Positions 22,163 to 33,552 of a stretch of DNA of 42,100 nucleotides are shown here, piece by piece. Under the pieces are notes generated by a model. It did not search any database and had not been told where the DNA came from. It saw only the letters and a list, made by a program, of their open reading frames with translations. Origin of the DNA: Macrostomum lignano (Eukaryota); assembly GCA_002269645.1 (NCBI GenBank), contig NIVC01004556.1, positions 1 to 42,100 of the forward strand. Reading direction: 5' to 3'. Position numbers and translations under genes: made by a program. Position 1 is the stretch's first letter. The number at the start of each line of letters is the position of its first letter.

Positions 22163-22337
22163 CTCCTCCGTTCTTGTAGCATAGGTAGGGAAATCGCCAG
22201 ACGTTGCCGAGACCGACAGCGTAGCCCAGGCAGCTCAAAAAGAAGTCGAATTTTCCCGACCAGTTGCCGCGCTCCGGGTTCTCCTCTTCTTCGAAGGTCA
22301 GAGAGAAGCCTTTTTTCTTGGCCAGAGCTTTAGAGAG
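22163..22337 (-). CDS. SLC6 transporter exon 2 (TM1)
   Basis: [37 protein letters not shown], the SLC6 signature. Confidence 0.97.
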
Positions 22338-22419
22338 CTGAAAGTCCGTGGTTTTGATAGCTTAGCGACTCTATTGCGATGGCGTGACAACTGTTACTCT
22401 TGAATGATAAGCTACTTAC

Positions 22420-22557
22420 CTCCATCTGGTTGGCCTCAATCCGGCTAAGCTTCTGTCGGATGTCGCTAATTGACTCCTCAACGCTTTCTTCCTGGCCGCC
22501 GCGCTGCTGCATGCTGATGTCTTCTGGAGACACCACCTGGGAGTCGTGGCTGTCCAT
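22420..22557 (-). CDS. SLC6 (GlyT2/ATB0,+/PROT-like) transporter exon 1; spliced CDS 2124 nt = 707 aa
   Basis: aacATGg start and gag|gtaagt donor, phase 0, joining exon 2. All 10 exon phases are mutually consistent. Confidence 0.85.
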
Positions 22558-22671
22558 GTTGCTTTGTAGCCAATTCGACCTGTTCAAATCGTTAATTCAG
22601 CTTCAGAGAAAGGCGGTGGCCGACGCTTGAGTGGAGAGCTCCGAGCGGAGCTGGAAAGCCGTGGGCGGCCG

Positions 22672-22679
22672 TATTTATA
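22672..22679 (-). promoter_or_regulatory. TATA box of the SLC6 gene
   Basis: TATAAATA on the minus strand about 115 nt upstream of the ATG, in a GC-rich context. Confidence 0.6.
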
Positions 22680-25630
22680 AGGCTGAGGCGAGTGAGCCAA
22701 AAATAGCTGGGGTGGGACCTGAGCACCAGTGCATAGGCGGGCGCAAAGGAGGGGCAGCTGTTTGTGAGGCAGTAAATAGAAAATGACAAATAATGAGTCG
22801 TCCATAGATGGATGCAAGTGTACAAAAACGCCTAGAATACATGGAATCTGGTTAGTGCATAGTTGGCCAGGCATGCCTCGTGTGGCTTCCTTTCTGATAA
22901 TAATTAAACCAAACGTCGTGCCAAGAATGTTCAAAATATGCACTTGCTCAACTTGAGTACTCGCAAGGCTGCATGCTACTTTTACGTAGAGTCATTCAGT
23001 TCATATCGCAATGTGCGCTGTTTATTAGCTTTCTACGATCAATAAATCTGCATCTTTATTCTTGTCTAGTGCTCAAGGTAGTCTAATTGTGACTACTAGT
23101 AACACCATCTTGCTTTATTCCTCGTTCTGATGCTACGCTGAGGCTGTGGACCTACTGCAACGGCCATGAGCAGTGCCATTCGGCATGGTAGACTTGACCG
23201 GCCAACATCGCAACATCAGTTTTGAGCCTCACAACAACCGTCTGAAACTACGGCACGATCTAGCTCTACGATAAGGCTGCCCTCACAAACTCAGAATGAG
23301 GAGCAGTCCACGTGGATCCACAGAGCCTCTTGAACGTCGAATGACCAACTGGTGAGGTATAAAAGCTGCAAAAGTTGCGGGACGTCAATCACCTGGACGG
23401 TTTTCACATTTTCACATTTTTTTTAAATTCACAAAAGCGGTGTGCTGTATGAGTAATCAGACGTGCTAAATGGGCTGCTAATGGGCTGCCTGCTAAATAA
23501 ACAAACCCAGCGTCTACTAGATTTTTGCTAACTCTTGACATTCAGTTGTACATTTTGCTCACTTAAGCACTATCCCAGTGAAAATCTGCTCTCTGTGACA
23601 ATCTCCAACTGAATACTTTGCAAGTTGTTCGGCAGTTTCCGGAAGACTGTTCGGCGTGATCTTAACATTAATAATAAGAGCTAGCCCTTAATGAATACTG
23701 TGCTGAGGTGATGCGAATCTTTCTGGTGGGACGCACACAATGAAAATTTGAAATGATTGTCCCCGGGTCACTCCAGTAAATGGACAGAAAGAACCCTCAG
23801 GCGCTTTATTATTTGCTAACTACCTTTTCTTCTTTACCCGCTGGAGTTTTCGAACGCCGTCAACTCCCCGCAGCCCCACCCACCCTTCTATCCACTTTAT
23901 TCTGCCAAACTTTCTCATGGTTTTAAACCGGGCGATGAGCTTGAGCACGGGAGGGGGTTTCGTGGCCTCAATTGTGCTCACTATCTTTATAATAACGCTG
24001 CTGAAGTGCATTTTTAGACAGAGAAATTGAACGATAAATCTAAAAGCGAAGGCGCAATAAACTTTTCGCACTGCCAACTGAGAGCGACAAGGGCGAGCTG
24101 CAGTTCAAATCCGTCTGTTCTTTTCCTGGCACTAAATTATGCCTCAGTTTTATTTGTCTCCGAGTCCGACTCAGACTAGAGACAATCGGCAGCTGCACTG
24201 ACACTCAGTCGGACTCCATGCTGAGAGATGGTAGGGCCAAGACAGCGGGCAGTGAGAGCTGTGATTCTGCGGGAGTTCTGCAGAACAATTGGCTACATAA
24301 AGATGGTGAAAAGAAATCCTGCCAAATATGGCAAGCCTGGCAGGGGGGTCGCGGTAGGGACAAAGCATACACAGGCGCATTCTTAGCAGTGCGCTGCAAA
24401 TCGGTCTGGCAAGGCCTTGGGTAGCCTTGCGCCTGGCAAGCACAGGTAGACATGAATAATGAGCCTGTCCTATTCTCTTGTGAGCATGGAAATCTTTTTG
24501 GAATATTTTGCTCGTCCAACTGCGTCGTTAATTCTCAAATTGTAAGAAGAATCTTGAGAACTTACGTGGTTTTTCAAGTTCTTTTTTACAAGCCAAAGCG
24601 AGAGAAGGCTTCGCTCTGCATCTTCTTCGCTCTGCAGTCTGAATAATTATAGCAATCTTCTGCGTTTGTTATAAGAAACTGAATTCATTTTGCGCATTCT
24701 TATCTGAATTCCGAGTGCTGACCGGAGAGTCCAGTTGAGTTTAAAACGATATCAGTCCTGCTTTTTTTCACCTATAGGTATAGATATCGCACACGGAAAA
24801 CGATCCAGGAATTTGCCTTGTTTTTTTTGTTGATGTTTTGGTCCACGCATAAGCAATAAATTTTAGCTATATGGCAACAACACCACGGTTGAGCATAAAC
24901 ACTCGAAACAGTTCGCTTGGCATGTTGTCAGAAGGCGTTCGTGCCAGCTTGCCAGAGCGAAAGATTTTGGGTCACAGGTAATTGATACAACCCGTCGGAC
25001 GGAGGGCTCCGCTAAACTGCGTACTTAGAGAGCATACGACAATAAACCTTCGGGTGTGGGATTCTGCGGGAATTGGTGCGTTGCCCTGCACCGCAGGGCA
25101 TTTCCTCGTTCTGTTTATCGATGCGACGATCAATCAGTCCCCTCAGGAAACGGAAAAACTGAATCTCAGCCATAAACATGCGGTCAGTGATTGGTGGAAT
25201 TGACAGTAAATACGTAGACAGATAGATGGCTCTCTTGGCGAGCGAAAGAAGCGCAGGAGCCAAGTTGGAAAATTAGAAGCAGTGCTCGGACGGGATCTGG
25301 GGCACTGAAATCCCGATTTTCAGGACACGTCGAAAGGAAATTTGGAAAATTTCAGCAGTCTGAAAGAAGTTTTTCAAAGACGACTGACTTCTGGTACGAG
25401 TAAATGTAGTTTACGAACTTCTAAAGTTGTCCGAGATGACAGGAAGTAAAAATATGGCATTTTAGAGTTCGGAGTTTTTGATTTTTCTAAGATAAGAATT
25501 GCTAAAATGCTACATGGATACGAAATTGCTTCGTAGTCTAGGTTCTTATCGTCTTAAAAATTTGATACCACATCCTAAAGATGGTAGTAGTCTCTAATTA
25601 TAGATATTTTGATGGTAAATATGGCGAATT

Positions 25631-26105
25631 CCCGTCCCATCCCATCTCCTCCCATCTCGTCCCACCCCATCTCGTCCCATCCCATCAAATCTTCTTCCTA
25701 CTCGTCCATCCTATCCCTTTCCATCCCATCTCGTCCCACCCCATCTCGTCCCATCTCCTCCCATCTTATCTCGTCCCACCCCATCTCGTCCCATCCCATC
25801 TCGTCCCATCCCATCCCATCTCCTCCCATCTCATCTCTTCCCATCCCATCCCCTCCAACATAATCTCGTCCCACCCCATCTCGTCCCATCTCGTCCCATC
25901 CTATTCCCTCCCATCCTATCTCGTCCCATCCGATCTCGTCCCACCCCATCTCCTCCCATCCCATCCCATCTCCTACCATCCCATCTCCTAGCATCCCATC
26001 TCGTCCCATCCCATCCTCCAACATAATCTCTTCCCATCCCATCCCATCTCCTCCCATCTCGTCCCATCCTATCTCATCCCATCCCATCTCGTCCCATCTG
26101 ATCCC
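25631..26105. repeat. (CCCAT)-based 5/10-bp satellite
   Basis: cccatctcgt, cccatcccat and cccatctcct units. Confidence 0.95.
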
Positions 26106-26924
26106 GACCCCCAAAAAATTATACCAGCTGAGCTCTAATCGGAAAAATACTCGCCTAGTCTACTAATAGTAGTGCCAGTGCTGAAAAGTTTCACAAGCAC
26201 ATGGCAGTAATCAAGTCTTAAATGTCTCAATCTTGAACTAGTACACGTGTGGATTGCAACTATCTATTCTTGTTAGGACAATGAAGTCGATATTTAGCAC
26301 TTGAGTGGCTTTAGTGGCTAGTAAGCCCTACAGCCAATCGGATCGCACCTGAACGGCAGCGTGTGAACCGCATGCACAGTCAGCACAGCCAAGTCGAATT
26401 TGGTACAGCAAAAACATCGAACAAAGCTGTTGTCTGAAAAAAAAACTCGCTTAGGCCTTGCTAGCATGCAAATTCAACTGCTCAGAGCTGAGTGAATAAG
26501 GCGTGAAAGAAGTATTTTGCTGTCAAGTAGGACTCAAGCCTTCCCAGAATTCTGGTGAAACGCGACAGTCGTAAAATCGATATTTGCTCCAAGGCATTCA
26601 CTGGCGCCAACTGCCACTCACTTTGCCCATCGCCCAGCCGTGCAAGAAGACGGCTGCTGCTGCCTCCCAGCTGCCGCATTTTCCGCCCCGTTGCCAGACT
26701 GCGCGTCTTCATCATTTGAAATTCTGAGTGTTGAATTTCTGCTACTCTGGCCTTGGCTTCATCGTATCAAGCTCACCTTTTTCCGATTCATTGACAAACA
26801 GCAGATAAACTCTTTCTTTTAAGACGCGTTGGAACGGTTTTCTCGATTCTACCTCCCCTCTTTCCGTGGCTTCTCTCAGTCAAGAGAAGCTGACATGGTC
26901 CAAAAAACAGTTCAAAGAGAGGTG

Positions 26925-27943
26925 CTGGTAAGAAGTAATGGAAGGATGCTCCTTGGTAGCAATGGTTAGAAGCACCTTGGAGAGGCCACAAAGAAGTAAT
27001 GGAAAGATGCTCCTTGGCAGCAATGGTTAGAAGTAACTTGGAGAGGCCACAAAGAAGTAATGGAAGGATGCTCCTTGGTAGCAATGGTTAGAAGCACCTT
27101 GGAGAGGCCACAAAGAAGTAATGGAAAGATGCTCCTTGGTAGCAATGGTTAGAAGCACCTTGGAGAGGCCACAAAGAAGTAATGGAAAGATGCTCCTTGG
27201 TAGCAATGGTTAGAAGTAACTTGGAGAGGCCACAAAGAAGTAATGGAAAGATGCTCCTTGGTAGCAATGGTTAGAAGTAACTTGGAGAGGCCACAAAGAA
27301 GTAATAGAAAGATGCTCCTTGGTAGAAATGGTTAGAAGTACCTTGGAGAGGCCGCAAAGAAGTAATGGGAAGATGCTCCTTGGCAGCAATGGTTAGAAGC
27401 ACCTTGGAGAGGCCACAAAGAAGTAATGGGAAGATGCTCCTTGGTAGCAATGGTTAGAAGCACCTTGGAGAGGCCACAAAGAAGTAATGGAAAGATGCTC
27501 CTTGGCAGCAATGGTTAGAAGCACCTTGGAGAGGCCACAAAGAAGTAATGGGAAGATGCCATCCTTGGTAGCAATGGTTAGAAGCACCTTGGAGAGGCCA
27601 CAAAGAAGTAATGGGAAGATGCTCCTTGGTAGCAATGGTTAGAAGCACCTTGGAGAGGCCACAAAGAAGTAATGGGAAGATGCCATCCTTGGTAGCAATG
27701 GTTAGAAGCACCTCGGAGAGGCCACAAAGAAGTAATGGAAAGATGCTCCTTGGTAGCAATGGTTAGAAGCACCTTGGAGAGGCCACAAAGAAGTAATGGG
27801 AAGATGCTCCTTGGTAGCAATGGTTAGAAGCACATTGGAGAGGCCGCAAAGAAGTAATGGGAAGATGCTCCTTGGCAGCAATGGTTAGAAGCACCTTGGA
27901 GAGGCCACAAAGAAGTAATGGGAAGATGCTCCTTGGCAGCAAT
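26925..27943. repeat. 61-bp minisatellite (about 16-17 copies, some 64-bp variants)
   Basis: Unit gaagtaatggaaagatgctccttggtagcaatggttagaagcaccttggagaggccacaaa; register slips 1 nt per 60-nt line. Confidence 0.97.
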
Positions 27944-28100
27944 GCCATGGTGATTTTCATATTCTCGCAGCAGAACTATCGTGTCCTGGTAAGCTACGAG
28001 CTACTATCAGCATCCAGTAAGCCAGACTGATCAATGAGATGATGAAGCCTGGGGATTGGCCCTAAGTTCTGATCTTTTCTCGTCTCCCCTCCACCACCAG

Positions 28101-28257
28101 GTCAGCAGCCAACGGGGGGACAGACGAGCCGACAGCCAACCAGCCGATTCGGAATTCACCACTAAATACGCAGTCACTTGCGCACAGGACTCATTTTAAG
28201 GATCCTGCGTTGGTCGGCGACTTTTTGAAGACTTCCTCGGCAACATCTATCATCAGC
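28101..28257 (+). CDS. Candidate upstream exon of the DEG/ENaC gene (coding or 5'UTR)
   Basis: Strong pyrimidine tract plus ccag| acceptor and agc|gtgagt donor. Only one frame is open (SAANGGTDEP...TSSATSIIS). No recognisable homology. Confidence 0.4.
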
Positions 28258-29737
28258 GTGAGTTTTTGAGCACTGCAGGATTTATATAATTTCTAGGTAC
28301 AATTCGAATTAAAATGGAAGACAGATTTGCAGATAATGTGGCTGGACATTTTAATTCAATTAACATTTCAGAGACACAATTCCGAGACACGGCATTGGAC
28401 ACGACTATGGGGTAAATTTCGCAGTTTCATTTGTTTGTCGTCATAGTTACGTAGGTCAAGAAATATTAAATCGACTTACAGTCTAAGGCACAGAGTATGT
28501 ACATTTCGTTAGGTGTGCTTGCTGAGGAGTCACATGGAGGAGCATTCTTGATTGCCTGCTCAATGGCTGCCAGAAGACACGCAGCAGCCACAGAGACCTC
28601 TGCAAACTTGGCTTGCCATCAAAAGTCTGAATACATTGTCGAAATCTTATTTTTGTTGCAGGATTCGATTCGTACTTATACTCAATCATAACGTGCCCCA
28701 TTAAGAACTAAGAATGGAGATGAAAATATAAGAATGCCTCACCAATGAGACACTCAGACTGCAATGTCTCAATCTTGAGAACCCTTCAGCAGCCGATTCT
28801 CAAAGCCGGCTGGGACGGAAACTTGATTGAAGAATCAACATCAGCAGACAATGACGCTGGCGGTGCTGCCTCTGTGTCTGTCATTGATTTTTCCAGACAA
28901 GAATAGCGCTGAAAGCTTCGGGCTCAGGGTCCGGGAATCGGAAACCCAATGGGCAGGGTGTACAGCGGCAAAATCGATCCCTATCGTGCTTTATTTATCT
29001 TCTGGCAGATGTTTGCAACCGCTGGAGTGCGGGTTTGTCTTCTAGACTGCCTGTTGGCGTTGCCGTCTGCTGCTCTCCCCCTGGCATCTGAGGAGGGCGG
29101 AAGCAAAAATTAATATGGCTGGCAGCTGCTGCCGATGCAGGGACAGATTGGCAGCTTCACTGACAGGAAAGGGCCAGGGCAGCAGCTTGATAATCTGTCG
29201 GCTAATTGAGAGATGGGGAGCTTGGATTTGGCGAGTTAAAAAAGTCCAAAATAATCCCGACAGAATCCCAAGTGAAAGTCGCTGGCAGAGTCAGAGTTCT
29301 CAATTCTTCATCAATTCTACTGAAAGGTCGAGCACCGGACACTCGTATAGAGTCTCCAAACCTGAACTCAAATAATTTTCAGTACATTTTTTCATTCCTG
29401 CCAGCCGGAACAGAAATTTCGCACTACGCGCGTATCGGTGACCATACTTTAAGTATTGAATTATTTAACACTTGTCATGACAGACTTAAGCACCGTATAA
29501 ATTATCAAGCAACCATGGATTACAACGGAGAGTATTAAAAATTGTCAGAGAAGGCTCGAGTCATTCCTGAGAGAACTATTCTAGTTGAAAATGTCACCAG
29601 CTAGCCGAATGCAATTCATCGCTTTTCCTCCCCCAAAAAGTCTCCTCAACCAAATTCAGTACCGATGAGGGGCCACATATCAAGCATTTATTCAAATACT
29701 CAAAGACCTCACTTCTCCCAACTGTTTGCCTCCGCAG

Positions 29738-30610
29738 CGGAGAGCGAACTCAGAGGTGTTTCCACCGCACTGGCTCCGTCTCTGACACGGCCGAGCGTTC
29801 CTTGAAAGCACCAGCATCCGCGGAGTTGGCAAGATCCTGAAGAGCCAGAGCAAGTTCCTGCGCAGACTGTGGGCCCTGTTCGTCCTGGGCTCCACGTCGC
29901 TGCTGTTCTACAGCGCGTTCAAAGTCACCATCGACTACCTGCAGTACGACGTGAACATTCAGACTCGCCTGGACATCGATGACGCCACCCCGTTCCCGGC
30001 GGTGAGCATCTGCAACAACCAGCCGTTCTCGGAGCGCGCCTACGAGGAGTGGTCGGCAAAGCGGATCAAGTCGCCAACGGTGTTCAACAGGGAGCTGAGG
30101 CAGCGCGGCCTCAAGCTGATGCAGGATCCCAGCATGCCGGACGTGTACGCCAAAGTGCGCAGCGGACAAGCTGATGAAAAGACGATGGCCAAGTTTAACC
30201 AGCAAAGGACGAACAGCATGAAGGCGCTGGTGGCCACGCTGTTCATGGACTCGTCGCGGCTGTACTATCAAAACCTATCGCCGGATGAGGCCGCGAAGCT
30301 GGGCCACGAGCGGAACAAGTCGATAGTTGACTGCATCTTCAAGTACAACTCGCAGCAGGTGCAGGGCACCAAGGGATGCTACGACAGCATGATCAAGGTT
30401 ACCAGCTTTAGCCACCCCAACTACTTCAACTGTCTGACGCTCGAATTCGACACGGAGAGGCTCACAGAGGTGCACAGCCTCACGCTGATCATGTGGCTGG
30501 GGCCGCGGGAAAACTACGACATCAGACATCGGCAGGGCTTCTTGTACGACATCTTTGAACAGGCGTATGGGCTTCGGGTGTCCATTCACGAGCCCTACAG
30601 CCACCCCAGG
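29738..30610 (+). CDS. DEG/ENaC channel exon (pre-TM1, TM1, palm/finger); 5' end disrupted
   Basis: FLESTSIRGVGKI...RRLWALFVL TM1, FPAVSICNNQPF signature, HPNYFNCLT and YGLRVSIHEPYSHP. Acceptor ctccgcag| at 29737; donor agg|gtgagc. In-frame TGA at 29783-29785. Confidence 0.9.
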
Positions 30611-30660
30611 GTGAGCTGCAGATATAAACTCTTTGCTGAGAGGCTTTTGTTATTAGTCCA

Positions 30661-31008
30661 CCCAATCCTCACCGATCCAATCCTCACCTACCCAATCCTC
30701 ACCTACCCAATCCTCACCTACCCAATCCTCACCTACCCAATCCTCACCTACCCAATCCTCACCTACCCAATCCTCACCTACCCAATCCTCACCTACCCAA
30801 TCCTCACCTACCCAATACTCACCTACCCAATCCTCACCTACCCAATCCTCACCTACCCAATCCTCACCTACCCAATACTCACCTACCCAATCCTCACCTA
30901 CCCAATCCTCACCTACCCAATCCTCACCTACCCAATCCTCACCTACCCAATCCTCACCTACCCAATCCTTACCTACCCAATCCTCACCTACCCAATCCTC
31001 ACCCTCCC
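30661..31008. repeat. 15-bp minisatellite (about 23 copies)
   Basis: Unit cccaatcctcaccta, translated as (ILTYP)n in the ORF track. Confidence 0.97.
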
Positions 31009-32602
31009 CACTCTTCGATATCCTCAACCATCTCAGCCTTTTCTCCTCGATCGCCAACGAACCCCATACCGCATTCGCTATGGAGCGCGTGCGTCCCTAT
31101 TTGCCACTAATTGGCCAGACAAACCTGTAAAGTCTCCGCTTCCTTTGCCGCCGAATAAATTCTTGTCCGAAGCGCGCAAGCAGCATAAAAAATTGAAGAC
31201 AAGAAGCAACTATGCCGGCTCGCGGGAAAGCTGAAAGAGCCACTCACGAAGGCTCTCAATCATTAGCCGGCAGCGGTGAACAGCTCGGGAAAATAAAGCC
31301 ATAAAATAGCCAATGCGCCCGTTAAAAAACGTATCGGCTGCTTATCCGGCTTCAACCAGGAGCCGGAGGCACTTCACCCTCATGGAGTGCTGTGGCTGGC
31401 GTGACTCCATCGGCAATCGCTTTTGTCCCTCACAGCCGCTGAGCTCCATCTTCTCGGGAAATCCATGCCGGCTGAGCAGGCCAGAGACGAGAGACAGAAA
31501 GAAGTTAAGCAAGCAACTGTGAAAAAGTCCGCGGGGTTCGGGAAAAAGGAAGCTGGAATGAATCGATGACGAAGAAAATAGGGGTGGGTGTCCATTAGCA
31601 GCCACCGGCGGGCTGGGAGGCTGCAGCAGATAACATGGCTGCAATTCAGCACGTGAGAGACGCAGCAGGTTTCCGAGTGATTCTTCTCCCACACCTTGAT
31701 TCTGTGAACCCCCTGCAATCCTCTGCAGTTCTGCCTGCCTACATTTTCCTTTAGTCTTCCGTATACAGCCCCCCTCCGCGTTGGTGCGCTTCACCCTCAA
31801 CTTTTCACCTCTCCGGAGCTGCGCCGCCAATCTGGAACGGCTTCCGCAGGCATTCCGCATGGCTGCACTGATGAGCTTTGACAATAACAAATTCTAGTCC
31901 AACTTTCTCGTCTTCTGCAGCAGATTGGGGCAACAGGCTCAGAATGCTCGCCCCCCCCCTCCAGGCTACTCAGGAGAGTCGCAGCTCCTGCATTTTCTGC
32001 TATTGAGCTCAAAACGCATGAAACATTAATTAGGCAAATTGCTGCTCCTAATCCACTTTTTGCTGCTAGTTGCCCGCCGTCCATCGGAGCTCTGGGGGGG
32101 GGGGTTTGACTGACAGATTCATGAGACAATCTGAACTCCGCCCCATCAGCGGGGCATTCAGAGCGGGCAAGAATAAATGGAAAAAGAAGCTCGATTTCGC
32201 TAATCAGACGGACAGATCCGATAAGAAAAATGAAAGTCAAAGACGGGAGCTTAAATTCTAGTCGATATTCTCAGAGCGACTCGAAACGCAGAGACATTGG
32301 CACAGCCGGATAGCGCGGTGGAGCGTGAACTCTGCCTTATTGAGTTTTGTCTCGCGTGCCGGGCCGCTTATCGAACCGCGCTCCAGAGAGCTCCGATGGC
32401 TTTGCCGGCAGACGGATTTCCCGTTGCTCAACCGGTGGTTGAGTGAAATTCCTGGCTGAGATGAATCGCGTTCACTGTTCAGCTTGTGAAGCTCGGAAAC
32501 AATTCCAACAGCGATCATGGCTGCTCACAAAATGCCGCTTACTGCACTTTCACTTGATCGCTAAACTGCATTGCTAGATGGCAACTCTGAAAACCCAAAG
32601 CA

Positions 32603-33231
32603 CTCAAGCTGAACCATCGCTAACCCGATGGTGCTCAAGCTGGACCATCACCAACCCGATGGTGCTCAAGCTGAACCATCGCTAACCCGATGGTGCTCAA
32701 GCTGGACCATCACTAACCCGATGGTGCTCAAGCTGAACCATCGCTAACCCGATGGTGCTCAAGCTGGACCATCACCAACCCGATGGTGCTCAAGCTGAAC
32801 CATCGCTAACCCGATGGTGCTCAAGCTGGACCATCACCAACCCGATGGTGCTCAAGCTGAACCATCGCTAACCCGATGGTGCTCAAGCTGGACCATCACT
32901 AACCCGATGGTGCTCAAACTGGACCATCACTAACCCGATGGTGCTCAAGCTGGACCATCACCAACCCGATGGTGCTCAAACTGGACCATCACCAACCCGA
33001 TGGTGCTCAAGCTGAACCATCGCTAACCCGATGGTGCTCAAGCTGGACCATCACCAACCCGATGGTGCTCAAGCTGAACCATCGCTAACCCGATGGTGCT
33101 CAAACTGGACCATCACCAACCCGATGATGCTCAAGCTGAACCATCGCTAACCCGATGGTGCTCAAGCTAGACCATCACTAACCCGATGGTGCTCAACCTG
33201 GACCATCACTTACCCGATAATGCTCAAGCTG
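32603..33231. repeat. 31-bp hairpin-forming minisatellite (about 20 copies, mostly alternating variants)
   Basis: aacccgatggtgctcaagctgaaccatcgct alternating with ...gctggaccatcac(c/t). Confidence 0.97.
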
Positions 33232-33337
33232 AAACTGTTAAAGCACATTAAGCGCCATGCTTTACAGTAATAATTCACTATTTTTAGTCAATCTCTGAGC
33301 TGAAATTGTATTTATAATGCCACCCTGGAACCCCCAG

Positions 33338-33492
33338 ATCCTGGAACAGGGCATCCAGACTGAGCCGGGCAAGATGAACGAGATCAATTACCAGCCAGTC
33401 CGCTTCATCCGGGCCAACACGCCAAAGAATCCGTGCGTCAGCGCTGAAGATGAGCGTCAAAGTTTTCGAAAATTTGTCGACTTTGGAAAACT
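33338..33492 (+). CDS. DEG/ENaC exon (beta-ball/thumb start)
   Basis: ccccag| phase 0. ILEQGIQTEPGKMNEI...ANTPKNPC. Donor ct|gttagt is phase 2 and fits the next exon. Confidence 0.88.
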
Positions 33493-33552
33493 GTTAGTTA
33501 AGCTTATGCTGGTCTCGTTTTTCTCCAAATTTACCAAATGTAGAAATAGGGT

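Noticed and set aside
26925-27943. CRISPR-like array (also considered for 32603-33231)
   Set aside because: Head-to-tail units without unique spacers, no cas genes, eukaryotic context.
26221-28778. 16-bp exact direct repeat aatgtctcaatcttga at 26221 and 28763
   Set aside because: One such match in 42 kb of AT-rich DNA is near chance expectation, and the flanks do not align.
31313-32520. GC-rich intronic ORFs (for example 31342-31890 minus, 182 aa)
   Set aside because: No recognisable domain, no consistent splice phases, no codon bias.
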